A stretch of 55,788 bases of DNA, from the IMG/VR virus record IMGVR_UViG_3300035494_000076, positions 1 through 55,788 of that record; one strand, 5' to 3'. Shown here in pieces: positions 10,345 to 19,517 of this stretch; positions within the stretch are counted from its first letter, which is position 1, and every line of letters starts with the position of its first letter. The notes beneath the pieces are model-generated. The model did not search any database. It was not told the DNA's origin and saw only the letters and a list, made by a program, of their open reading frames with translations. This DNA comes from a virus. Its lineage: Duplodnaviria; Caudoviricetes. A program made the position numbers and the translations under genes.

Positions 10345-10992
10345 ATGGGAATGGATTACAAAACTTTTAAGCTTATTCAACAATATAATCGTGTTATAAT
10401 GTGGAACTCTTTTGCGGGTAAAGACGAAAATTCAGACAAATCTCAACAACATGAAAGAGTGATTGAGGAAATTGATGAGTTTGAAGCACACACTAACACA
10501 CCTGTTGGGGAAAATCATGCAATGAGAGTTAAAGTTCTTGACGATATTTGTGATATTTTTGTTACGGCTTCCTTCTTGGATTATATGACGTGTGGTGGCA
10601 AATCTTGTTCATTGTACGGGATGCCACAGAATGAACGCATTCAAAACATTGTAAGAAATGGAAATTTCCACGAACTGCGAGATGAACTTTATGTTGTCAA
10701 CGCACTTTATGTTGTCAACAGCATCATCAACACACCAAATTACGATGATATTGATTTCGTGGGGGCAATTGAACACGTAGTAGATTCAAACTTCTCTAAA
10801 TTTATTCCAAGAGGGGCAAACGCATTGTTAGAAGCTGCTCTTGTGGAATTCGCTAAAAAAGGTGAAGACGTATATGTTGTCGATTCAAACCTATATCATG
10901 TCATTAAGAGAAAATCTGATGATAAGATTATGAAACCGAAGATTTGCTTTAGAGAACCACAACTCGACAAGTTCATTAAAAAGGGCGCATGA
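10345..10992 (+). CDS. MazG-like (PRA-PH family) nucleotide pyrophosphohydrolase
   Basis: EEIDE...DDICD, SNFSK and KIMKP motifs. Confidence 0.75.
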   Translation: MGMDYKTFKLIQQYNRVIMWNSFAGKDENSDKSQQHERVIEEIDEFEAHTNTPVGENHAMRVKVLDDICDIFVTASFLDYMTCGGKSCSLYGMPQNERIQNIVRNGNFHELRDELYVVNALYVVNSIINTPNYDDIDFVGAIEHVVDSNFSKFIPRGANALLEAALVEFAKKGEDVYVVDSNLYHVIKRKSDDKIMKPKICFREPQLDKFIKKGA

Positions 10993-10993
10993 T

Positions 10994-11233
10994 ATGGAAA
11001 TGTTAGTAGAAATTTCTCTGAGAGACCCCGAAAGAGTATGGAGAGTATATAAAACGAAACACCAAACCTTTCACTGTCAAGAAATTCTACTAATACGAGA
11101 GCATGAATATGTTTTTGAGAAAGAGGTTTTTACTATAAAAGATGCCAAGCACTTTTTTGAGTGCTTGGATATAAAAGAAACGGATAGAGTAAATTTATAT
11201 AAATATTCTTCCCCTCAAAATAAAAAGGGATAA
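10994..11233 (+). CDS. Hypothetical protein
   Basis: ORF in operon. Confidence 0.6.
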   Translation: MEMLVEISLRDPERVWRVYKTKHQTFHCQEILLIREHEYVFEKEVFTIKDAKHFFECLDIKETDRVNLYKYSSPQNKKG

Positions 11234-11239
11234 TAATAA

Positions 11240-13558
11240 ATGAGTTTGACCAACATTTCAGTAGACAAAAAGAAAGGGATAGTAGAAGAATTTAATATTG
11301 GAAAAATCCATAAGGTAACTTCTTTTGCGTGTGAGGGATTGCAAGGCGTTTCACCATCTTCTCTTGAGATAAGCCTGTCTAAGAAATTGGCTAGTGTTAC
11401 AAAAATTACTACTAGCGAAATTACTAAGTTATTGGTTAAGTGTGCTCAAGAGTTGGTATACACCGACTCTGCAAACTATCAATACGTTGCTGGTAGACTG
11501 ACCAATTATGATGTTAGAAAGATTGCATATGGAACATTCGAAGTTCCACCATTATATGACATTGTTATGAAGAATGTTAATGACGGTTGGTATGATAAGG
11601 AAATTCTTGAGTTCTACACAAAGGAAGAAATCGAATACTTTGGTTCTAAGATTGACCATAGACGTGACGAGCACTTCACGATTGCCGCATGGAAACAGCT
11701 AACATCCAAGTATCTTGTTCGTGATAAAAAAGAAGCCAAAGGGTATGGGTTTAAAGAAACCCCTCAAATCATGTATATGATGATTGCAATGACCCTTATG
11801 AACAAACGCCATGACAGAAAAACAATAGTTGTTGAACTATATGACGCAATCTCGAAAGGGTCTAATAGTGTTCTATCTCAAGCAACTCCTATTGTTGGAG
11901 GAGTAAGAACCCCAACACGACAATTCAGTTCATGTGTTGTTGGTAAGGCTGGCGATTCTTTAGAGTCTATTAATGCTTCTTCTAACATGATTGTAAATTA
12001 TGCATCTAAGAGAGCAGGGATTGGCATAGACTTATCAGAGATTCGACCATATGGTTCGCCTATCAGAAATGGAGAAGTGACGCATACTGGAATACTACCT
12101 TTTACTAAGTTAATTCAGTCAGCCACTAAGTCATCATCGCAGGGTGGAATACGCAGTGGTGCATCCACAGCATACTTTAATATCTTTCACTTAGAAATTG
12201 AAGATATTATTACACTAAAGAATAACAGAGGGACTGAAGAAAACAGAGCAAGGCAGATTGACTACGGAATAAACATAAACACCCATTTCTATCAGAAAGT
12301 TGTAAAAGGTGAAGATTATTGGTTGTTTAATACAAATCAAACTCCGGGTTTGTATGAAGCATTCTTCACAGACCCTATTAAGTTTGAAGAACTTTATGAA
12401 AAGTATGCTAAGAAGCGTGGGATTCAGAAAAAGAAAGTAAACGCTAAAGAACTTTTCGTCAATCTTTGTATTGAACGTATGGGTACTGGTAGAATTTATA
12501 TTCATAATGTTGATAATGTTAACAAACAAACAGTTTACAATGGGCTAAAAGACGTAATATATAGTTCTAACCTTTGCCTCGAAATATCATTGACAACTCA
12601 TAACTTAACTAAATTGAGTAACTTCACTAAACAAGAAGCATTGAGTCTTGGAATCTATAATGATGCCATGTCTCCGAATGAGTTTAAGGAAAAGTTTGGT
12701 GAGATTGGTTTATGTACCTTATCGAACATTAACTGGGGGATGATTAAGAGTCCTGACGACTTCGAGATTCCGTGTAAGCTTGCGGTATATTCGTTGGATG
12801 AATTGTTAGACTACCAATCATATCCAGTAATTGCTGCTGAAGTTCCAGCTAAGGCACGAAGACAGCTTGGAATTGGTGTTAATAACCTAGCATACTTCTT
12901 AGCCAAGAACGGAGTACAGTACGGCTCACAGGAAGCCCTAGAACTTATTGACGAATATATGGAAGCTATGTATTATTATTGTACTAAGGCATCATTGGAG
13001 TTGGCTAAGGAGAAAGGTAAGTGTGATTGGTGGGATCAACTAGACTACGATTTTATCTTTAATAAGAGAAATCCGAATGTTGATCAACTTGTCGAACACA
13101 AACCTCGATATGATTGGGATTCATTGAAGAAAGAGATTGATGTATATGGTCTTAGACACACTATGCTAATCTCAACTCCACCATCAGAAACTAACTCGAT
13201 TCTTATCAATGCAACAAATGGGGTTGAACCTGTTCGTTCTTTGATTACGGTAAAAGGAAATGGCGATGACACATATCCAGTGGTTGTTCCAAATTTATCA
13301 TTGAAGTATGATATGCTTTGGGGAATGGATATGTTAAACTACATTAAGACGGTTGCGGTTTTACAGAAATACCACGACCAAGGAATCAGCAACAACTTGT
13401 CATATGACCCTGATGCTTTCCCTGATGGAAAACTTCCTATCAAGAAAGTTATGACAGATATTCTAATGGCACAAAAGTATGGATTGAAATCGTTATACTA
13501 CCATAATACAAAGGGAGAAGATGACGTATCAACTGATTGTGAATCGTGTAAGTTGTAA
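11240..13558 (+). CDS. nrdA: Class Ia ribonucleotide reductase alpha subunit
   Basis: ATP cone, QFSSC, SNLCLEI, SLYY and C-terminal CESC. Confidence 0.97.
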   Translation: MSLTNISVDKKKGIVEEFNIGKIHKVTSFACEGLQGVSPSSLEISLSKKLASVTKITTSEITKLLVKCAQELVYTDSANYQYVAGRLTNYDVRKIAYGTFEVPPLYDIVMKNVNDGWYDKEILEFYTKEEIEYFGSKIDHRRDEHFTIAAWKQLTSKYLVRDKKEAKGYGFKETPQIMYMMIAMTLMNKRHDRKTIVVELYDAISKGSNSVLSQATPIVGGVRTPTRQFSSCVVGKAGDSLESINASSNMIVNYASKRAGIGIDLSEIRPYGSPIRNGEVTHTGILPFTKLIQSATKSSSQGGIRSGASTAYFNIFHLEIEDIITLKNNRGTEENRARQIDYGININTHFYQKVVKGEDYWLFNTNQTPGLYEAFFTDPIKFEELYEKYAKKRGIQKKKVNAKELFVNLCIERMGTGRIYIHNVDNVNKQTVYNGLKDVIYSSNLCLEISLTTHNLTKLSNFTKQEALSLGIYNDAMSPNEFKEKFGEIGLCTLSNINWGMIKSPDDFEIPCKLAVYSLDELLDYQSYPVIAAEVPAKARRQLGIGVNNLAYFLAKNGVQYGSQEALELIDEYMEAMYYYCTKASLELAKEKGKCDWWDQLDYDFIFNKRNPNVDQLVEHKPRYDWDSLKKEIDVYGLRHTMLISTPPSETNSILINATNGVEPVRSLITVKGNGDDTYPVVVPNLSLKYDMLWGMDMLNYIKTVAVLQKYHDQGISNNLSYDPDAFPDGKLPIKKVMTDILMAQKYGLKSLYYHNTKGEDDVSTDCESCKL

Positions 13559-13567
13559 AAATTTGGA

Positions 13568-13606
13568 TTGACGATAATGGGTCTTGGTGTTATAATACAA
13601 GACCCA
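13568..13606 (+). promoter_or_regulatory. Sigma70-type promoter for nrdB with an inverted repeat around the -10
   Basis: TTGACG-N17-TATAAT; GGGTCTTG...CAAGACCC. Confidence 0.7.
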
Positions 13607-13625
13607 AAACAAAAGGAGAGAAAAT

Positions 13626-14330
13626 ATGTCGGAAACTTGTTCGTTTACTTTTTCAAAGTGCAAGACAGATCACATGAATGACCCCATGTACCTATCATCT
13701 AATGGTCACGATATTTCAAGAACTGATATGGTGAAGTATCCAACAATTCTTAAAATGGATGAGAAGATGCGTTCGTTGTTTTGGGTACCAGAAGAAATCA
13801 CAATCTTACAAGATAAAAAGGACTTTAAGGATTTACCAGAACATCAACAAAAAATATTTACAGAAACCCTATTACGGGCTACTATGCTAGATAGTATTCA
13901 AGGTAGAGCACCAAGTGCGGTATTATTGCCAATCTGCACTAACCCTGAGTTGGAACTCGCGATCACTACGTGGGATTTTTTCGAGAGCATTCATTCAAAG
14001 TCGTATTCATATATCATTAAGAATGTTTACACTAACCCGTCAGCAATATTTGACGAACTGAAAGATATTTCTGGTATTACTGATTGTTCTAGTTCTATTG
14101 CAGAGTATTATGATGACTTGTATGTATATAATGCCAAGGCAGTGCTACACTCACAAGGATATGACGTTGGCTATGACTTATACGAGCATAAGAAGAAGCT
14201 ATACTTATGCCTGACCGCGATTAATGCGCTAGAAGCAATTCGATTCTATTCAGCATTTGCGGTATTCTTTTCACTTGGTGAGAATGATATTATGCAAGGT
14301 ACAGCTAAAATCCTCCAGATGATTGCCCGT
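13626..14330 (+). CDS. nrdB: Ribonucleotide reductase beta subunit, exon 1
   Basis: FWVPEE, DSIQ, ESIHSKSY and EAIRFY motifs; ends ...MIAR (CGT). Confidence 0.95.
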
Positions 14331-14704
14331 AGACACTTTAAGTAAAAGGCTACTTAAATTGCGGCTTCAAGTAGTGATACTTGTCGAATAACTTCGTTAA
14401 ATCAGGGGAACTCTTAGCAAGTAGTGTTGAAGACAATCCTGAGATTTTAGTTTTGTTGTGATATAATAAATAATGTAGTAATTCAACAATAAGATGAAGA
14501 GGTGCATTATTTATGAAAGATTTCATTAATTACTACGAAACTAGAATTGCAACGACTATCCCTGACGGGAGTACACCATAAGCGATTGATGGTGGAAAAG
14601 CGAAGCAACTCATTGAGTTGGTGATATAGTCTAATCTGCATAGAAATGTGTAGCAGTTCTGAATAGAACGGTATATGGTGTAGCGATCATGTGCGAATAT
14701 AATG
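14331..14704 (+). mobile_element. Group I intron (IA2-like) in nrdB, 374 nt, homing endonuclease deleted
   Basis: Splits the conserved IAR|DExxH motif; exon ends in T, intron ends in G; P AAATCAGGGGAA, Q AATCCTGAG, R CAACGACTA, S GATATAGTCTA; P3 CTTCG/CGAAG; P7 GACTA/TAGTC. Confidence 0.93.
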
Positions 14705-15124
14705 GATGAAAGCCTTCACGTAGGTTTAACTACTTACCAAATTAACACTTTACCAAAAGAAGATGAGGACTATGCAAAAATTGCTAAAGATTCTTATGAC
14801 GAGATGGTAAAAGTATATAATGATGTCGTACATCAGGAAATTGATTGGGTTAAATATATCTTCAAAGAGGGGTCTATGCTAGGGCTTAACGAAGATATGC
14901 TAAGTGAGTATATCTATTACTTAGGAAGACAGAAGATTAAACAATTTGGTTTCAAGGAAGAAGATATTAAGTTTCCTATCATTAAATCAAACCCTTTACC
15001 TTGGATGGACAACTGGCTTAATTTGTCTGCTACACAGTCTGCACCGCAAGAGATTGAACAAATCAACTATCGTGCTGGTGCTGTTGATTTGAATGATTCC
15101 GACTTGGGTGATTTTGATTTTTAA
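14705..15124 (+). CDS. nrdB: Ribonucleotide reductase beta subunit, exon 2
   Basis: DESLH, EIDW..Y, NPLPWM and APQEIEQINY motifs. Confidence 0.95.
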   Translation, partial: DESLHVGLTTYQINTLPKEDEDYAKIAKDSYDEMVKVYNDVVHQEIDWVKYIFKEGSMLGLNEDMLSEYIYYLGRQKIKQFGFKEEDIKFPIIKSNPLPWMDNWLNLSATQSAPQEIEQINYRAGAVDLNDSDLGDFDF

Positions 15125-15137
15125 AAAAGGAGAATAT

Positions 15138-15377
15138 ATGGATTTTGTTGTTTACTCAAAGCCCAACTGCCCACAATGCGTTCAAGTTAAGAATATACTA
15201 AATGCCGAGAACATTGTATACGAGGAACGTCAGATTGACCATGACAATATTGAAATGCTTATGGAGTATACTCGTTCGGCTCCAGTAGTGTTCATCGGTG
15301 GAAAATTTGTAGATAATGATGATATTCTTGGAAGAACTTGGAAAGAGGAACTAGATTTAAGCGGAATTGACTTATAA
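15138..15377 (+). CDS. nrdC: Glutaredoxin
   Basis: YSKPNCPQC and RSAPVVF motifs; SD GGAG before ATG 15138. Confidence 0.9.
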   Translation: MDFVVYSKPNCPQCVQVKNILNAENIVYEERQIDHDNIEMLMEYTRSAPVVFIGGKFVDNDDILGRTWKEELDLSGIDL

Positions 15378-15390
15378 ACATCGATGTTTA

Positions 15391-15398
15391 TATAAATA
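15391..15398 (+). promoter_or_regulatory. Late promoter for the lysis cassette
   Basis: TATAAATA; directly followed by the hairpin AAAGGAGTC..GACTCCTTTTTT. Confidence 0.65.
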
Positions 15399-15445
15399 TA
15401 AAGGAGTCACTAGGACTCCTTTTTTGTATTTAATGCGGTGAAAAT

Positions 15446-15901
15446 ATGACAAAAACTATTAGGATTGTTAGATTTAAAGAATCAGATAACTCAGCAACAG
15501 TTGGTAAGTGCTTCTTAGATGACAAGTTTTTTTGCTTCACAATGGAACAACCGTGGAATGATAATGAACCATACAAATCTTGCATTCCAACTGGCGTGTA
15601 TAATTTAGTTGATTTCAACTCACCAAAATTCGGACACACTTATGCTCTAGTTAATGAAGTCATTGGTGTTACACCGTACAAAACAAACCTCAATAACCGA
15701 ACTAATCGATATGCTATCCTATTCCATTCAGCAAATTGGGCTAAACAACTAAATGGTTGCATTGCATTAGGTGAGAGGCTAATCACAGATGGAAATGGCG
15801 ATAAAATGATTACATCATCAGCAAACATGACCAGAAACTTTCTTAAAAAAATTAACTCTGATTCTGTTGTAGAAATTGTAAACGAAGGAGACTGGCAATG
15901 A
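15446..15901 (+). CDS. DUF5675-family protein, probable endolysin (L,D-peptidase-like)
   Basis: TMEQPW..N....SCIPTGVY and ILFHSAN...GCIALG motifs; first gene of a holin/spanin cluster. Confidence 0.75.
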   Translation: MTKTIRIVRFKESDNSATVGKCFLDDKFFCFTMEQPWNDNEPYKSCIPTGVYNLVDFNSPKFGHTYALVNEVIGVTPYKTNLNNRTNRYAILFHSANWAKQLNGCIALGERLITDGNGDKMITSSANMTRNFLKKINSDSVVEIVNEGDWQ

Positions 15902-16206
15902 GCGATGAAGCTATAAACACTATTGTAGAACACGCGATAGATAAAGACACTGATTCTGATGTACATAATTGGCGTGTTCAGGATGGGTGGGGAAGAAGAA
16001 ACTTGTCAAGTCGAATGATTGTTGTTACAATGATAATTCTTATGCTAGGTATGTTGACTGGATTTTTCATGGGTTTTCCTGTTCCTGATGGTTTTTGGTC
16101 ATCTATAATTTGGGCAAGTGCTTTGATTGTGGTAGTATATGCAATTGGCCCATCAGCTTTAGAACAGGCGAGTGATTTGGTAAGTAATATAAAGGGGTTT
16201 AGATGA
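15898..16206 (+). CDS. Putative holin (2 TM)
   Basis: Two hydrophobic helices; lysis-cassette position. Confidence 0.7.
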   Translation: MSDEAINTIVEHAIDKDTDSDVHNWRVQDGWGRRNLSSRMIVVTMIILMLGMLTGFFMGFPVPDGFWSSIIWASALIVVVYAIGPSALEQASDLVSNIKGFR

Positions 16207-16526
16207 TTATTAGTAAATTAAAAACATATATGTTAGCAATTGGCGCAGCAATAGCCAGTATTGGTTACTTAATACTTAACCATAAGGCTAAAAAAGCAGA
16301 ACAAGAAAGAGATGAACTTGAGCGTGAGTATGATGAATACAAACTTTCTCAACTTCTAAAACAAGAAGAACAAAAGCGTTTGGTTGCCGAAGTTGAGAAG
16401 GAATCTGCGATTAGTTCTACAAAAAAGCAAAAAGAAGTTACGGAGGATGTTATTGATTACAAGAAACAAATCACAGAAACGATGAAGGAGACGGAAAATG
16501 AAAAGACTTTTACTTTTAGTTCTTAG
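16203..16526 (+). CDS. Inner-membrane spanin (Rz-like)
   Basis: N-terminal TM plus coiled coil; overlaps a lipoprotein gene. Confidence 0.75.
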   Translation: MIISKLKTYMLAIGAAIASIGYLILNHKAKKAEQERDELEREYDEYKLSQLLKQEEQKRLVAEVEKESAISSTKKQKEVTEDVIDYKKQITETMKETENEKTFTFSS

Positions 16527-16803
16527 TTCTGTTTTGGTTGTCGGTTGTGCTAAACCAAATACCGTTATTGTTCCAGTAACAACACCTCATCCGACAATAA
16601 CAACCGAAGGATTCAATCATATTGAGTCAATGACGTTTAGTGCTTCCAATAACAATGGCATGATTTGTCTAACCCAAGAAGATTTTATAAACTTGACAAC
16701 ACATCTAAGACATAGTAGAATATCACACAACAAGTTGCTAGATCATGTTATAGAATTTAATAAAAATGTTGAAGAAGTTAATGCGCGAATAAGTAGCGAT
16801 TAA
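16498..16803 (+). CDS. Outer-membrane spanin lipoprotein (Rz1-like)
   Basis: Signal peptide with lipobox VVG-C. Confidence 0.75.
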   Translation: MKRLLLLVLSSVLVVGCAKPNTVIVPVTTPHPTITTEGFNHIESMTFSASNNNGMICLTQEDFINLTTHLRHSRISHNKLLDHVIEFNKNVEEVNARISSD

Positions 16804-16829
16804 ACTCTATTTTTTGTGAAATCTACTAC

Positions 16830-16856
16830 AAAAGACCAACATTTCGTTGGTCTTTT
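16830..16856 (+). terminator. Terminator after the lysis cassette
   Basis: AAAAGACCAAC-ATTTC-GTTGGTCTTTT. Confidence 0.75.
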
Positions 16857-16876
16857 ACTATAAAGGGGATAAAGTT

Positions 16877-17770
16877 ATGGCAGTTTATAAAAACGAGATT
16901 GGTTATATGTGGTTGATTGAAGACATTCTACGTCATGGAGTGGAAGTCCCTGATCGGACAGGCGTGGGGTGTATTGCTTTATTTGATGCTAAGGTAATGT
17001 ATGACCAGTTCCCATTCAGTACGTATAGACCTGCTCCTCTTAGAATGGCATTCGAGGAATTTTGGATGTTTATTCGTGGAGAAACACAAACAAAATACCT
17101 AGAAGAAAAGGGTATTAACTTTTGGAAAGGTAACACAAGTCGAGAGTTCTTGGACAAGCGGGGGTTGACCCATTTAGTTGAAGGGGACATGGGAAAGGGA
17201 TATGGATTTCAATTCAGAAACTTTGGACAAGGATATACCGAACATGGTGACGAAATTTATGGTGTCGATCAACTTAAAAACCTTTATGAAGGGTTGAAGA
17301 ATGACCCATATGGCAGACGACACTATGTTACTTTTTGGAATCCACAACAATCAGATGAAATGGCATTGACCCCCTGTCATCACAGTCATCAGTTTGTTGC
17401 TCTTCCTGACGGAGATGGCAATGATGTTCTTCATTTAAAGCTACTAAATCGGTCACTTGACAGCGTTTTTGGATTTTTGTATGCCTCTCAGCAATATTAC
17501 TTATATATGATGGCTATGGCTAAACTTCTTAATATGAAGGTTGGGAGGCTTTCTGTAGATTTAACTCATGTTCATATATACAACAATCAGATAGAATATG
17601 CCAACGAGTTATTAACAAGAGAAATAGGAAAACCTGGTAAAGTTACTATAACAAAAGAACTTAATACTCTTGATGACTTGATTTCTATGGAATGGTCTGA
17701 TATACTTGTTGAAGATTTGTTAGTTAATACAACACCTTTTAAAACACCAAGACCCCCGATGGCAGTATAA
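16877..17770 (+). CDS. thyA: Thymidylate synthase (ThyA fold)
   Basis: DRTGVG, YGFQFR, RR, LTPCH, RSLD and HIY motifs. Confidence 0.92.
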   Translation: MAVYKNEIGYMWLIEDILRHGVEVPDRTGVGCIALFDAKVMYDQFPFSTYRPAPLRMAFEEFWMFIRGETQTKYLEEKGINFWKGNTSREFLDKRGLTHLVEGDMGKGYGFQFRNFGQGYTEHGDEIYGVDQLKNLYEGLKNDPYGRRHYVTFWNPQQSDEMALTPCHHSHQFVALPDGDGNDVLHLKLLNRSLDSVFGFLYASQQYYLYMMAMAKLLNMKVGRLSVDLTHVHIYNNQIEYANELLTREIGKPGKVTITKELNTLDDLISMEWSDILVEDLLVNTTPFKTPRPPMAV

Positions 17771-17773
17771 ATA
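17766..17773 (+). promoter_or_regulatory. Late promoter
   Basis: TATAAATA. Confidence 0.7.
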
Positions 17774-17796
17774 CTAATATAACAAAAGGAACAAAA

Positions 17797-18030
17797 ATGG
17801 ACATATATGATTTTTTCGACCAATTAGAAGCAGACTTTGGATATGTTCCAAAGGTGTGTGTTGAAACATACACAAATGTTTATGATATTCCAGAAGCTGA
17901 ACTTAAAAAAATGATTGAACGTGACTTCAATCATTTGCTAGAAGCAGCTTCTGTAATCAGAGAAAGCAAAAACTACGCCGAAGAAAAGTCTGCAATAAAA
18001 GAGGTATTAGAAAATGTCCAAGCCTTTTAA
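17797..18030 (+). CDS. Small late protein
   Basis: Late promoter and SD; LLEA/IRES/VLEN motifs. Confidence 0.65.
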   Translation: MDIYDFFDQLEADFGYVPKVCVETYTNVYDIPEAELKKMIERDFNHLLEAASVIRESKNYAEEKSAIKEVLENVQAF

Positions 18031-18379
18031 TATTCTAATGGAGGAACTGATTGGTTTTGTTGATGGTGTTGATATAATGCTTTCACATCATGTTAAGTTC
18101 GATAAACGTAATGGAAGAAATCGCCAAGGCAATTTAAAGAATAGCTGTTTGGCTAAAATCATAAACGACGGGTTGCGAATGGCAAGGTTCAGAACAGCCA
18201 GTCCTGATGGCAATTATCACATTAAGACAACACGAAACGGTGTAAACATTGGTGTTGTTGTGAGTGATAATGGAAATCATTTTAAAGTTGTTACGATCAT
18301 TATACAAAAGAACCCAATATTTAAAAATAAGACAGAAGGTTCAGTTTTTAATATTCCACCAATTGACGGCATTTGCTAG
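18014..18379 (+). CDS. Hypothetical protein
   Basis: Overlapping ORF with SD GAGG. Confidence 0.65.
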   Translation: MSKPFNILMEELIGFVDGVDIMLSHHVKFDKRNGRNRQGNLKNSCLAKIINDGLRMARFRTASPDGNYHIKTTRNGVNIGVVVSDNGNHFKVVTIIIQKNPIFKNKTEGSVFNIPPIDGIC

Positions 18380-18388
18380 GAGAGTTTT

Positions 18389-19045
18389 ATGATAATCGGG
18401 TTAGTCGGATATGCTGGGGCTGGAAAGGATACTGCGTATGCTTTAATGAAACCACAATTACAGAATTATAAAAACTTTAAGTTTGCTGGAAAGCTTAAAG
18501 AGTTTTGTTCAAATATGTATGATATGCCACCTCAGACTTTTGAGGTGTATGAAGAAAAAATGAAAGATTTTTCTTTCATTATCAGTGTAGAAGAATACCA
18601 CAAAAGATTTAAAGAACTTTGCTGTGAGGTGTTAAATATTTGCGATATGCCTCATCTATCGAGCATATCTTTAATGGAACTTTGTTCAAAGATTGAAAAT
18701 GGCATGGTGTCAATAGAAACAACACCAAGAAAGATCCTTCAGATTATTGGCACAAATGTTTTTCGTGATTATTATTCAGAAACGGTTTGGATTGATTTTT
18801 TGGAAGAAGGTGACTATGTTGTGACTGACGTAAGATTTCTAAACGAAGCCGAGAAGATAAAAGAACTTGGTGGTGTCTTGGTCAGAGTTCAAAATAAAAA
18901 CCAACCACATTCTAGTTTTTTACATGAGTCTGAAAAGTATATAGAAGAAATTAAATGTGATAGTGTGATATATAATGATGGGGAAAGCCTTGAAAGTTTT
19001 GATTTGGCTTTAAAAAATTCCCTACGAGATTTAAATATTTTATAA
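18389..19045 (+). CDS. Deoxynucleoside monophosphate kinase (T4 gp1-like)
   Basis: GYAGAGKDT, FAGKLK, PRKILQIIGT, TDVRFLNE and HESE motifs. Confidence 0.92.
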   Translation: MIIGLVGYAGAGKDTAYALMKPQLQNYKNFKFAGKLKEFCSNMYDMPPQTFEVYEEKMKDFSFIISVEEYHKRFKELCCEVLNICDMPHLSSISLMELCSKIENGMVSIETTPRKILQIIGTNVFRDYYSETVWIDFLEEGDYVVTDVRFLNEAEKIKELGGVLVRVQNKNQPHSSFLHESEKYIEEIKCDSVIYNDGESLESFDLALKNSLRDLNIL

Positions 19046-19048
19046 ATA
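19041..19048 (+). promoter_or_regulatory. Late promoter
   Basis: TATAAATA. Confidence 0.75.
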
Positions 19049-19084
19049 CATATACTAATAATTAAAATATTTAAAGGCAAACCG

Positions 19085-19516
19085 ATGAGTGAAATGGAGA
19101 CGCGCCTGCATTTAGTAGAGCACGTACTACATGACTATAATGCTAGAATGAATGCCCACCGAGAAGGGCTAGAAAAACTAGAAGAAAAACATTCAACATT
19201 AGTGTCTAAAGTTAATGTGCTTGAAGGGGATGTAAACAACTACACCAGAAATCATAGTGAAGCAATACGAACTTTGCAAGAAACGGTTCAGGCGTTAAGA
19301 GAGTTGACCAATGAACTTAAACAAGATTCAAGGATTCAAGAAAAATCTGTCAATTCCTTGATAGAACAGATGCGAGAAATGAACAGTTCTATTGGTTCTC
19401 TTTCTCGCACCATGTATAAATTTTTATATATAGGTGGTGGGGTGTTTATAGCCTTCTCGTTGTTAGCCAATGGGACATTGTCGAATATAATTTTAAAATT
19501 GTCTGGAGGCGGTTGA
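19085..19516 (+). CDS. Coiled-coil protein with C-terminal TM
   Basis: Heptad repeats followed by a hydrophobic tail. Confidence 0.65.
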   Translation: MSEMETRLHLVEHVLHDYNARMNAHREGLEKLEEKHSTLVSKVNVLEGDVNNYTRNHSEAIRTLQETVQALRELTNELKQDSRIQEKSVNSLIEQMREMNSSIGSLSRTMYKFLYIGGGVFIAFSLLANGTLSNIILKLSGGG

Positions 19517-19517
19517 T

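Noticed and set aside
13626-15124. nrdB as two separate genes or a pseudogene
   Set aside because: The gap has group I intron core elements, and splicing restores IARDESLH in frame
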